Of a stretch of 64,000 nt of DNA, positions 33,033 to 42,757 are shown piece by piece; within the stretch, counting starts at the first letter, position 1, and each line of letters starts with the position of its first letter. Location: the NCBI GenBank assembly GCA_963691875.1, contig OY829846.1:768001-832000 (forward strand), read 5' to 3'. Under the pieces are notes generated by a model that worked only from the letters and a program-made list of their open reading frames with translations, did not search any database and was not told where the DNA came from. The DNA comes from Aureliella sp. (GTDB lineage: Bacteria > Planctomycetota > Planctomycetia > Pirellulales > Pirellulaceae). The position numbers were made by a program, and so were the translations under genes.

Positions 33033-34397
33033 CTAAGCAATAATATCTTGCATAACGTTACCGTAGACATCGGTCAATCGGAAGTCACGACCTGCGTAGC
33101 GATATGTGAGCTGTTCGTGATCCAATCCGAGCAAGTGCAGGATAGTTGCGTGCCAATCGTGGATGTGACACTTGTTCTCGACCGCTTCATAGCCGTGCTC
33201 ATCCGTAGCGCCGTAGCTGAAACCGCCTTTAACGCCGCCGCCGGCCATCCACGTCGTGTAACCTTTGTTGTTGTGGTTACGTCCATCAGATCCCTGAGCC
33301 GCAGGTGTTCGCCCAAATTCACCACCCCAGATCACCAAAGTTTCTTTCAGCATATCTCGGTCCTTCAAGTCCTGAAGTAAACCGGCGATGGGCTTATCAC
33401 AAGCCGTTGCGCGAGTTCGGTGATCCGCCGTCAAGTTTGTGTGCTGGTCCCAGCCACCATGCGTGATCTCAATGAAGCGGACTCCAGCTTCGGCGAAGCG
33501 GCGCGCCAGCAAGCATTGCTTGCCGAAGTTCTCGGTTTCGCCTCCATCTGCGCCATACATCGAAAGTGTCGCCGCGCTCTCACCAGAGATATCCATGACA
33601 TCCGGCATCGCTGATTGCATCCGGAACGCAAGCTCGTAAGATTCGATAATGCCTTCTACCGCAGGCTGAAACTCATCGCGACGCAGTTTTTCTTGATTTA
33701 GCTTCTGGATAAAGTCCAATTGCTGCCTCTGTTTGCGCGAAGACATTTTTGCTTTGATGTCAGGAATACTCTCCCCGATACCGGCACTTACAAACCGATT
33801 AGCGCGTCCACCACGCCCAACTTTGGTTCCACCGTAGATAGCCGGAAGGAAAGCACTGCCGAAATTGTTCGAAGCGCCAGATGGAGCACTAAGCGAAACA
33901 AACCCTGGCAAGCTGTCATTCTCGGTCCCAAGCCCATAAAGAGTCCAAGCGCCCAGCGATGGACGGATGAACTGCACGTTGCCTGTGTGCATTTGCGTCA
34001 AAGCGCCAGGATGAACCGGTTGGTCGCACTGCATGGAGCGGATCAACGTCATATCGTCCGCATGCTTGGCGACCGCCGAAAAGAGATCTGAGATCCACAA
34101 TCCGCTCTCGCCGTGCTGCTGAAACTCGAAGGGAGACTTCAGCAACCGGCCTCCATACTTGCCACTCTTTCCATGATCTTGGATAAGCTGCGGCTTGTAA
34201 TCGAAAGTATCAACGTGAGATGGCCCGCCAGTCATGCACAGAAAAATAACTCGTTTCGCTTTTGGCTCGAAATGCGGTGACTTCGGCGAAAGTGGATTCT
34301 TCTTCTCTGCTGTTTCTTGCGAAGCAGCCAGTCCCGTAAACGCGAGGTATCCAAAGCCAGCCGAGATGTTTTGCAGGAGTTCTCTTCGTGAAATCAT
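33033..34397 (-). CDS. DUF1501 domain-containing protein (Tat-exported)
   Basis: 'SRRELL' twin-Arg leader, 'AKRVIFLCMTGGPSHVDTFD.KP', 'GGWDQH', 'WGGEFGRTP' and 'GRDFRLTDV'. Confidence 0.95.
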   Translation of the reverse strand: MISRRELLQNISAGFGYLAFTGLAASQETAEKKNPLSPKSPHFEPKAKRVIFLCMTGGPSHVDTFDYKPQLIQDHGKSGKYGGRLLKSPFEFQQHGESGLWISDLFSAVAKHADDMTLIRSMQCDQPVHPGALTQMHTGNVQFIRPSLGAWTLYGLGTENDSLPGFVSLSAPSGASNNFGSAFLPAIYGGTKVGRGGRANRFVSAGIGESIPDIKAKMSSRKQRQQLDFIQKLNQEKLRRDEFQPAVEGIIESYELAFRMQSAMPDVMDISGESAATLSMYGADGGETENFGKQCLLARRFAEAGVRFIEITHGGWDQHTNLTADHRTRATACDKPIAGLLQDLKDRDMLKETLVIWGGEFGRTPAAQGSDGRNHNNKGYTTWMAGGGVKGGFSYGATDEHGYEAVENKCHIHDWHATILHLLGLDHEQLTYRYAGRDFRLTDVYGNVMQDIIA

Positions 34398-34547
34398 TTT
34401 CTAGTTCCTGGTGTCAGGTGTTCCTCGGACTCGCAACTTGGAAAAAACTGCCTTCTTGCAATCTCGACAAAGATGTAATCAACCGATGAAGATCAAATGA
34501 GCGTCGAGACTTCAACCTTGAATCAGCTAGCTCGCCCCCGTCGCCGG

Positions 34548-37238
34548 CTAATCAATGAATCGAAACTCGGCGGAAGCAAATAGACTTTGACACAGTGCTG
34601 CGAGTGCTGGCGGAGCTTTCTGGTCTATACCGTAGACGTAGCTGCGCATGAAGCCTATCGCCGCTTCGCGCTCGCGACTCGTTGGGCTCCGCCCATAAGC
34701 GAACTCAAACGCCAGTTGAATCTGTTCCGCTGGCTTAGCGGTCAGAGCAGCAATGCGTTTCGCGAATTGAATGCTCTGATCGATTACAAAGGGATTATTG
34801 AGCATGTAAAGCGCTTGATTCGAGGTGTTCGATTCTTCTCGAGTGCCAATGATGCTATTTGCGTCTGCGAAGTCAAAGACCTCTAGGGATCTCGGCACCT
34901 CGTCTCGTACGATTGGAAGGTAGACGCTTCGCATAGTCGATTCTTCCATGTCGAGCTGGTTGGTAACCTTGCGCACAGCATCTGCGATAATGCTTTGTCG
35001 ATCTTCCGTCGAACCAAAGTTTCCAAGGCCAGCTCCAAAGCGGCCACGATTCCCAGCTCGCATGTTGCCGGCACCAAACCGGCCAACACCGCGACCTGCC
35101 CCCGCACGGGCTCGCATTTGACTCGCAATGCTCTCTATTGTCTTACGTCCAATCTCGCGAGCGTCTCCGAGTACTCCTTCTCGAACTCTTGTGTAACCAG
35201 CTTTCGCAACCTCACTGCCCCGAGGTCGTTCGAGGTCAATCGAACCGCTGACACTCAGCATTGCATCACGCAGGGCTTCTGCATCCAAACGACGTGGATT
35301 GGCCCGCCACAACATACTGTTCTCGGGATCATGTTCATGAAAGTTCTCGTCAAACGTGCTTTTCATTCGATACGCACGCGAAGTAGCGATCCGTCGGATC
35401 ATAGTTTTGATCGACCAACCCGATTCCACAAACTGAACCGCCAACTCATCGAGCAACTTTGGATGCGATGGCGCCGAACCAGTTACGCCAAAGTTCTCGG
35501 TCGAAGTCACCAAGCCCTTACCGAACAGCTCTTGCCAGATGCGGTTCACCATGACTCGTGCGGTCAGGGTGTTTCGATCGCTGCCAAGCCATCTTGCTAA
35601 CTCGAGTCGTCCACTCTCGCCAACAGCAATATCAATCTCGGAAGTCAACAAGACTTCTGGTAAGCCACGCTCGACCCTTGGTCCCAACTGATCGATTTCG
35701 CCTCGCACAAGAATCCGAGCATCACGAGGAGCTCCTTTTTCCTGCACTCCCATGCAGTAAGAACGTGGATTTCCATTCTCGTCTACAACGGCGACTTTGT
35801 CTGAAAGGGCTGATAGCTCATTCGCCAATCGAATTCGATTTCTTTGAGCACTCGCGTTACTCGCCCCACCTGCATTCCGATTGCGTCGCGCATCAGCTGC
35901 TTCACGTTGCAAATCGTCGAACTGCCCCACGATCGCTGCTAGCTCGGTTGAACTGTATCGCCTGTCATACGGATTTGGGTCGTCAATGGGAAGCAAAATC
36001 AAACTGCTGTTCTGTTTCCGCTGTGGAATCTGAAAACGGCCGTACTGCGATGGTGGGTTACCAAAGTAGGTCGTCATATTGCCGAAGACACCAGCGAGTG
36101 CATAGTAGTCCGACTGACGAAATGCGTCGAATTTGTGGTCGTGGCACCTTGCGCAAGCCACACTCATTCCGAGGAAGACTCGCGACGTTGCATCAATTTG
36201 CTCATCCACCAAGTCCATCGCAAACTGAACGCGATTCGCTTCATTCACGTTCTTTGGGCCAACTGCCAGAAAAGTAGTGGCAACCAGGTTCTCAGCCCAT
36301 TTCTCATCAGATTCCACTGGCAGTAGGTCACCTGCTATCTGCTCTTGCACGAATTCGTTGAACGGCTTGTCGCTGTTAAAGGAATCGATGACATAGTCAC
36401 GATATCGCCAAGCGTGAGGGTAAGTCATGTTGACTTCGCGTCCGGTTGACTCAGCGTATCTCGCCACATCCAACCAGTGCCTTCCCCAACGTTCGCCGAA
36501 TTGTGGCTTGTCAAGTAAGCGATCCACGACGAACGTGACTGCTTTATCAGGATTGCGATTCCAGAGTTTATTAAAGAACTCGATCTGATCTTTGGAGGGT
36601 GGCAAACCCGTCAGGTCGAAGCACAGCCTTCGGAGTACTTGGAAAGGCTCCGCATCCTCAGTTGGCTTCATATTTGACTCTTCTAACCTGGCAAGTAAGA
36701 AATAGTCGATGTCGTTTCGAGGCCATTCTAGGTTTACAACTACAGGCGCAGTGTGATGCTCCGGCCTTTGGTATGCCCAGAAGTTCTGTTTGGCATGCTC
36801 AATATCTTCGTCCGTCACCGTTGACTGAATCTCAGCGACTTCCGTTCTGCGTGGATCTGGAGCTCCCATTTCGATCCAGTCGCGAAAATCCTTAATCACT
36901 GATTGAGGAAGTTTACGTTTGGGAGGCATCTCCCAATCTTCGTGATTCATCGCATTGAAGAGTAGACTCTCTTCAACGTCACCTGGCACGATAGCTGGAC
37001 CGCTGCTCCCACCGATGTGCATCAAGGCTTCGGTGTCGAGTCGCAATCCGCCACGCGCGTTTCCAGATTTGCTACTGTGGCAGCCAAAGCACTCTTTGAC
37101 GAGAACAGGACGAATCTTGGATTCAAAAAACTGCAGCTGCTCGGGCGTGAGCTCTTCATCAGCTCGCAGCTGCAAGTTGGGTAGAAATCCGCCAAAAAAC
37201 AAAAGAACGATCGGTAAAAGATTTGTCTTTCGCATCAT
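34548..37238 (-). CDS. PSD1 (DUF1553) / PSCyt2 (DUF1549) / planctomycete cytochrome c protein
   Basis: Motifs 'FFESKIRPVL..ECFGCH', 'WIEMGA', 'GERWGRHWLDVARYAES', 'CARCHDHKFD' and 'TARVMVNRIWQ'. Confidence 0.95.
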   Translation of the reverse strand: MMRKTNLLPIVLLFFGGFLPNLQLRADEELTPEQLQFFESKIRPVLVKECFGCHSSKSGNARGGLRLDTEALMHIGGSSGPAIVPGDVEESLLFNAMNHEDWEMPPKRKLPQSVIKDFRDWIEMGAPDPRRTEVAEIQSTVTDEDIEHAKQNFWAYQRPEHHTAPVVVNLEWPRNDIDYFLLARLEESNMKPTEDAEPFQVLRRLCFDLTGLPPSKDQIEFFNKLWNRNPDKAVTFVVDRLLDKPQFGERWGRHWLDVARYAESTGREVNMTYPHAWRYRDYVIDSFNSDKPFNEFVQEQIAGDLLPVESDEKWAENLVATTFLAVGPKNVNEANRVQFAMDLVDEQIDATSRVFLGMSVACARCHDHKFDAFRQSDYYALAGVFGNMTTYFGNPPSQYGRFQIPQRKQNSSLILLPIDDPNPYDRRYSSTELAAIVGQFDDLQREAADARRNRNAGGASNASAQRNRIRLANELSALSDKVAVVDENGNPRSYCMGVQEKGAPRDARILVRGEIDQLGPRVERGLPEVLLTSEIDIAVGESGRLELARWLGSDRNTLTARVMVNRIWQELFGKGLVTSTENFGVTGSAPSHPKLLDELAVQFVESGWSIKTMIRRIATSRAYRMKSTFDENFHEHDPENSMLWRANPRRLDAEALRDAMLSVSGSIDLERPRGSEVAKAGYTRVREGVLGDAREIGRKTIESIASQMRARAGAGRGVGRFGAGNMRAGNRGRFGAGLGNFGSTEDRQSIIADAVRKVTNQLDMEESTMRSVYLPIVRDEVPRSLEVFDFADANSIIGTREESNTSNQALYMLNNPFVIDQSIQFAKRIAALTAKPAEQIQLAFEFAYGRSPTSREREAAIGFMRSYVYGIDQKAPPALAALCQSLFASAEFRFID

Positions 37239-37612
37239 GTCACTTTTTCCCGCGAGAATCTCGGTAATCCATTTTTCGGCAGTAGTTTGCTCAGATATTA
37301 AACCTAGCTCGTTTGTATTGAAATCGCGTCTTCCCCGCCGCCTTCCCGCTTGCGGGACGGTCAGATTGGGCACATGCGATTCGCGGTTCTGCGGCCAAGG
37401 GGGCTGGATCGCCCCTGCTCCTCTGGCCGACCCACGAAGCGAGGCTGGTCGTCGCGAATCTCCAAGGGAGAGTCATTTCCGTTTATCAGACGGATTAAGA
37501 AAGTAGTGGGCAAGCTGACGGGCCCATTCCCTTTTCGCGCTAACGATAGGACGTCGTCGCTCGCCCACTACTCTCTTATATTCCGTGAAATCGGAGTTTT
37601 CGGGACTCAGTC

Positions 37613-38101
37613 TTATGCCTTTGGACGCAGTGGCTTTTCACCGCCTGCTGCAGGGTCGTTGTTTCCGCCACGACGCCCCTTCCCAGCTTTGCCAGAAATC
37701 CCTTGCCCCAGTTGTCCGGCCCCTGGACGACTTTGGCCTAGACCGCCACGACGCATACCTGGCTGGCTACCATTTTCACCGCCACGGCCACCCATGCGGC
37801 TACGCATTTTCTCAAGCAAAGCTGTCAGTTCCCGCACGTTTAGCTTATTATCTCCGTCCTTGTCCATCTCTTGCATCATGCGTGCCGACACTTGGGCCGC
37901 ATCCATCTGACCTCGACCACCTAACCGCTGCCCACCCGGCCCTGGGCCACCAGGCTTAACGCCTCGTTTCTGCCCGGCCTGAACTTGCCCAGCTTGCTTC
38001 TGTCCTGCTTTTCCGCTCTTTCCGTCCTGCCCATCGCCAGCTGTGGCAAGGATTGGCAACATCATGGTAGTCACAAGACTAAGGAATACTATCAACTTCA
38101 T
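37613..38101 (-). CDS. Secreted Gly/Arg-rich EF-hand protein
   Basis: Signal peptide, EF-hand loop 'DKDGDNKLNVRE' and low-complexity G/R/Q flanks. Confidence 0.8.
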   Translation of the reverse strand: MKLIVFLSLVTTMMLPILATAGDGQDGKSGKAGQKQAGQVQAGQKRGVKPGGPGPGGQRLGGRGQMDAAQVSARMMQEMDKDGDNKLNVRELTALLEKMRSRMGGRGGENGSQPGMRRGGLGQSRPGAGQLGQGISGKAGKGRRGGNNDPAAGGEKPLRPKA

Positions 38102-38301
38102 GCTTTTCTCCGTCCGAGTGTTGGTTCTTGAATTTTGCTAATGAACCAAGCTGTATTGGAGCTTAGCCCTACCGCTACTATCAAATACGGGGACTCAGCT
38201 CGAATGGAGACAACGTGGCCAGCAAAAGAGAGAAAACTTTTCCCGCATCCTTGCCGGCATTCCCTGGTTTAATAACTTACGAGACCGTGGGATAGGGAGA
38301 G

Positions 38302-39000
38302 TTGAGAGTGCCAATCGAACTCGACCAAGATCGAACTTTAAGAAAGCTGCAATTGAGCGACATAGAAGAGACGCAAGAATCTGAAGATGAGCAACAGTTT
38401 GGCAGCGCCATGCGGGCGGGCGATGCGGCTGCTCTCGGAGAAGCGTTTGAACGGTACCGCGATCGCTTGCGGCGTATCGTTCGATTTCGTCTCGACTATC
38501 GACTCGCTGGTAGAATCAGCGAGTCCGACGTGCTGCAGGAAGTTTATATTGCCGCCGCAAAACGCTTGGACTATTTCGGGCAAAAAGACATGAGTCCCTT
38601 TCTGTGGCTTCGTTTGATGGTGGGGCAGCAGTTGATTGACCTGCATCGGCAGCATCTGAAAGCTCGAAAGCGTGATGCAAGACGCGAAATTTCCTTGGAC
38701 GCCGGGGCTCCATCTCTGCACACCTCAGTTGCTATTGCCGCTCAACTTGTTGGACAACGCACTGCAGTAAGCGAAATCCTGGATCGCCAAGAGCAAATCG
38801 ATAAACTGGAGGTCACTCTTAATAGAATGGACGATATCGACCGTGAAGTAATCGCGTTGCGACACTTTGAAGAACTCTCCAATGTCGAAGCGGCAAGCGT
38901 TCTGGGAATCGCACCTGCCGCCTCAAGCAAACGCTACGTGCGCGCGATGGCGAGACTCGGGAGGTTGATGGCCGACTGGCAAAAAGAAGGCCGGGAGTAG
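38302..39000 (+). CDS. ECF RNA polymerase sigma-70 factor (planctomycete STK-associated type)
   Basis: Region 2 'YRDRLRRIVRFRLD...SDVLQE...WLR', region 4 'DREVIALRHFEELSNVEAASVLGI...KRYVRA'. RBS-like AGGGAG upstream. Confidence 0.93.
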   Translation: MRVPIELDQDRTLRKLQLSDIEETQESEDEQQFGSAMRAGDAAALGEAFERYRDRLRRIVRFRLDYRLAGRISESDVLQEVYIAAAKRLDYFGQKDMSPFLWLRLMVGQQLIDLHRQHLKARKRDARREISLDAGAPSLHTSVAIAAQLVGQRTAVSEILDRQEQIDKLEVTLNRMDDIDREVIALRHFEELSNVEAASVLGIAPAASSKRYVRAMARLGRLMADWQKEGRE

Positions 39001-39003
39001 ATC

Positions 39004-41874
39004 ATGAGACCTGGAGATGCGGCGATGCACAACCAGATGGACGCACTGGCGGAAGAGTACGCTAAGCTCTTACGACAGCAGAAGAAGCCGGACATCGAGA
39101 CGTACCTGGCTCGATTTGAGGGTAACAAGGAGGAGCTTCGCGAGTTACTAGAGTCTATTGCCACGATCGAAGGACTGAAACGAGGACCGGAATTGCAAGA
39201 TCATTCTGCGACATCCGAGTCAGAGCTACAGGTCTTGCAGCAGATCGATGACTACAAAATCATTCGAGAGATTGGACGGGGCGGTATGGGAATCGTCTAC
39301 GAGGCGATTCATCAATCTTTAGACCGCCGCGTTGCCCTAAAGGTACTTTCGAGTAGTTTACTTGGCGAACCGAAGCACATCGCACGTTTTCGCCGTGAAG
39401 CACGAGCGGCGGCCCGACTCAGACACTCCAACATTGTTCCTATTTTCGGCGTCGGGTTAAGTGAGCAGTACCATTACTACGTGATGGATCTAATCGAAGG
39501 ACAGAGTCTGCGTTCCCACATGCAGCACTCCTTGGCCCACATTAGCCAAGAACCGCAGACGATGGCGAGTTCTGATGCTGCATCAAATGACGATTTCAGC
39601 TTGGTCGACGAGAGACTGACTGAGATTCAGCATACTTCGCAGCTCTCGAAAGCCGCATCGACATTGAAATCCCAACGATCCAGCAGAATGCCGGCAGCGA
39701 GTCATTCGGGAGACAAACATGCGGAAACAAAGTCTATTCCAACGCCGGTGAACTGCACCGAGGAGTTCTTTCAATGGGTTGCCAAGCTGGGAGCAGACGT
39801 CGCGGAAGCTCTGCACTACGCGCACCAACAAGGTGTTCTGCACCGTGACATCAAGCCTGCAAACTTATTGTTGGATCGCAATGGCGAGGTTTGGATTGCT
39901 GACTTCGGGCTAGCAAAACTCGCTGAACACGGGGAATTCACGAAGACGGGCGAGTTGCTGGGCACTCCTCAGTATTTGCCTCCCGAGACCTTTCTAGGAA
40001 ATTACGATCCTCGAAGTGAGCAATATGCCGTCGCCCTGACGCTATACGAGCTTGTCGCTTTCAGGCCGGCAGTGCAAGGCAAGAACTCTGCCGAGACGCT
40101 GAGACTCGCTAGCCAAGGTGTATCAACCAGTCCGAGCACTCACAATCGGCAGATTCCACGCGACTTGGAAACGGTGATCATGAAGTCGCTCGCTCAAGAT
40201 CCGGAGCACCGCTATGCTTCCGTCGCAGAGATGGCCTATGATCTTAGGCGTTTCGTCTCTGCACATCCCATCTCCGCACGTCGAGTTGGCTTGGCGGAGC
40301 GCACGCTGCGTTGGACGCGCCGTGAGCCAGTCCTTGCATCGTTTGCAAGCGCGGTTGTTGTGCTGCTCATGCTGTTGGCGGGTGTTTCCGCGTTTGGATA
40401 TTGGACGACAAGCACCGCCCTAAAAAACGAGCGAAAAGCCTCTAGAGAAGCAAGGAATTCAACTGCGGCTGCGAACACTGCGCTCTCGCAAAAGTCTGAG
40501 GCCCTTCAAGCGGCAGAAGCTCAAAGGGTTCGGGCTGAGAAGAACCTCCAGACGGCCCGTCGAGCTTTTCAGCAAATCATGCAGAACGTGGTGGACCGCG
40601 GTGCCGAGCTCGATGCGGAAATTCTAGGCGAAGCTAGCGATACCACCGCCGCCAGTGTTTCGCCCAAGGATGCGGAACTGTTGCGAACCTTACTTGGCTT
40701 CTTTGACGAGCTGGCGGAGAACAATAGTAGCGAACTCATCTTTGAATCGGCACAAGCAGCACACCTGGCAGGCGACATCTACGTGAGCCTTGGACAACTG
40801 AGTCGCTCGCGTGAGAGCTATACTAGCGCGCAGACGCGTTATCGTGAACTTTGCAAGAACCATCCCGACGACGTCGACTATCTTGCGGCGTTCGCGGACT
40901 TGCTCAATGACTTGCTTTCGGTGAACAGCTTGACTGGGCAGCTCGGTCGGTCGATGCAGCCTTTTCAGGACGCCGTGCAATTCTTAGAGTCACATTCTGC
41001 GGCGATGAGGCATCCCGACACTCGCTTTCAGCTGTCCCGTGCCTATCGATTGCGAGCATCCTTCGGAGTCAGGATGAATTGGGGGCCGATGTTGGGCGCG
41101 AATTTTGGAGCCAACTTCGGCGCTAGCCTCGGAGGAGCTGGAGTCACCCCGATGAAAGCTCGTAAGCGGCACGAAGAAGACCGTCGCCTCGTCCTCCACT
41201 CACTAGATATGCTCGACGCTTTGGTCGAAGATAATGACGCCAACCTCGGGAAATATCAGCTTGAGTTGGCACGTGGCTACCGAACGTTGGCAGAAGTTCA
41301 ACAACGTTCGGCTAATCCTCGAGCATCCGAAGATGCCCTTGCCGAATCACTCCGGATCTTCCAACTACTTCTTGATGAAAATCCGAGATCAGCGGGGCTA
41401 CGCTATGAACTCGCTACTACACTTACAATCTCACGCCAGCCAATCGCACTTCAGGAGGAGCGAGCCGATCAGGCGAGTCGTTTGAGTCGCGAACTCCTAG
41501 AAGAATCACCCGACCTGGCGAGATATGAAGCACTTTTCGCGCAAGTGAGTGAAATGTCAGGAGCCGTCGCACAACGCAAAAAAAACTTCACAAGGGCTGA
41601 AATCAATTACGAGCAAGCCATCCGCTCCTACTCCAAGCTGCTCGCCGATTCTCGTGAGGTAAAGGCATACCAGATCCGTCGCGCACAGACATTGGCCGCT
41701 CTCGCACGTGTCAAAGTAGAAAAGGGAGAATCCGAGGCAGCCGCCGAACTTCTAGATAGAGCCATCCGACGCGTACAACCAAAGTTTGCAGGCCGACGCG
41801 ACCCCTCACCTTTCGAAAAGCGTTTTCTCGAGCGATTGAACACCGAGATCGCCAAGCTCAAGAAGAGCCCCTAA
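39004..41874 (+). CDS. Hanks-type Ser/Thr protein kinase with TM segment and TPR-like C-terminus
   Basis: Motifs 'IGRGGMGIVY', 'VALK', 'HRDIKPANLL', 'DFGLAK' and 'GTPQYLPPE'. Starts 3 nt after the ECF stop. Confidence 0.95.
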   Translation: MRPGDAAMHNQMDALAEEYAKLLRQQKKPDIETYLARFEGNKEELRELLESIATIEGLKRGPELQDHSATSESELQVLQQIDDYKIIREIGRGGMGIVYEAIHQSLDRRVALKVLSSSLLGEPKHIARFRREARAAARLRHSNIVPIFGVGLSEQYHYYVMDLIEGQSLRSHMQHSLAHISQEPQTMASSDAASNDDFSLVDERLTEIQHTSQLSKAASTLKSQRSSRMPAASHSGDKHAETKSIPTPVNCTEEFFQWVAKLGADVAEALHYAHQQGVLHRDIKPANLLLDRNGEVWIADFGLAKLAEHGEFTKTGELLGTPQYLPPETFLGNYDPRSEQYAVALTLYELVAFRPAVQGKNSAETLRLASQGVSTSPSTHNRQIPRDLETVIMKSLAQDPEHRYASVAEMAYDLRRFVSAHPISARRVGLAERTLRWTRREPVLASFASAVVVLLMLLAGVSAFGYWTTSTALKNERKASREARNSTAAANTALSQKSEALQAAEAQRVRAEKNLQTARRAFQQIMQNVVDRGAELDAEILGEASDTTAASVSPKDAELLRTLLGFFDELAENNSSELIFESAQAAHLAGDIYVSLGQLSRSRESYTSAQTRYRELCKNHPDDVDYLAAFADLLNDLLSVNSLTGQLGRSMQPFQDAVQFLESHSAAMRHPDTRFQLSRAYRLRASFGVRMNWGPMLGANFGANFGASLGGAGVTPMKARKRHEEDRRLVLHSLDMLDALVEDNDANLGKYQLELARGYRTLAEVQQRSANPRASEDALAESLRIFQLLLDENPRSAGLRYELATTLTISRQPIALQEERADQASRLSRELLEESPDLARYEALFAQVSEMSGAVAQRKKNFTRAEINYEQAIRSYSKLLADSREVKAYQIRRAQTLAALARVKVEKGESEAAAELLDRAIRRVQPKFAGRRDPSPFEKRFLERLNTEIAKLKKSP

Positions 41875-42149
41875 TAAGATCTTTCAACTCCCGTCGCCGA
41901 GAGAGTTCCCAATTGTGAGCCCTAGGCACTAACCTAGGGTCTGAATATCCTCGTCTCTGCCCGAAGCCAATGCGTTCGGCTAGCTTCAAAGATTCTTGCC
42001 CTGTGACCGCCAAAACGCTTTCCTACTGCGTTATCCCTTCCGCCCTGCAGATCGATTAAAGAGCGGCTCTTGTCCTGCGCTACCAAAGATAACCACGACG
42101 CGTCAGCGAGTTGCCCAGCGGCGAAAACTTTGCCTGTCCTGCCGAACTA

Positions 42150-42600
42150 AAGTAGACCTTGTTGAAACGAGCATCCGATATTGCACGAAAATTGACAGAG
42201 CATTTCATGGCTTACACGCTTGGACGCCAGCTGGAAGACTAGGATGAAGTAAGCATTGACCAGCTGATGGAATCGATCGTGCAGGACAACCATCGATTCC
42301 AAACCATCATCACCTGCTACCTATTCACCAACCGCCGAGTTAGAGAATTACCATGAGCAAGCGACCAGGAGTCAATCTCCGAACCATGCTAAAGGGCAGG
42401 GGGGTCGCTCTGACGGTTCCGATGATGGACTCCAATGCAATGGGAGCCGGGAGCAAGCCAGACAAGCTTCCATGCCGCCTCGGATTCATATACCTGCCTC
42501 GTGGCGTGATCATGGACCAGTTTTGGCCCGAGAGTTCCGCAACTCTCCTGTAGAAAGTATCTCCGGCGATTGAGTCGCTGCGATCGATTCTGGATCAGTT
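42150..42600 (+). pseudogene. Remnant of a DUF1592/DUF1585 + DUF1552 gene pair
   Basis: 'LTEHFMAYTLGRQLED*DEVSIDQLMESIVQDNHRFQTII' is DUF1585-like with an in-frame TAG at 42240. It is followed by '[18 protein letters not shown]...[11 protein letters not shown]...FWP', a DUF1552 N-terminus that stops at 42553. Confidence 0.7.
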
Positions 42601-42757
42601 TTTTGATGACACATGGTGTTTTCCGGCGATGGTTGGCAAGCCTCAAATACAAATTAGGCCAGCAGCCTAGTCTTTCTTGCTCTGCTTAGCTGCGACTAGA
42701 TCCATTAGATGCATCTGCTATTTAATCGGGCCCCCGACCTCAGGCGGATGGTGTGAT

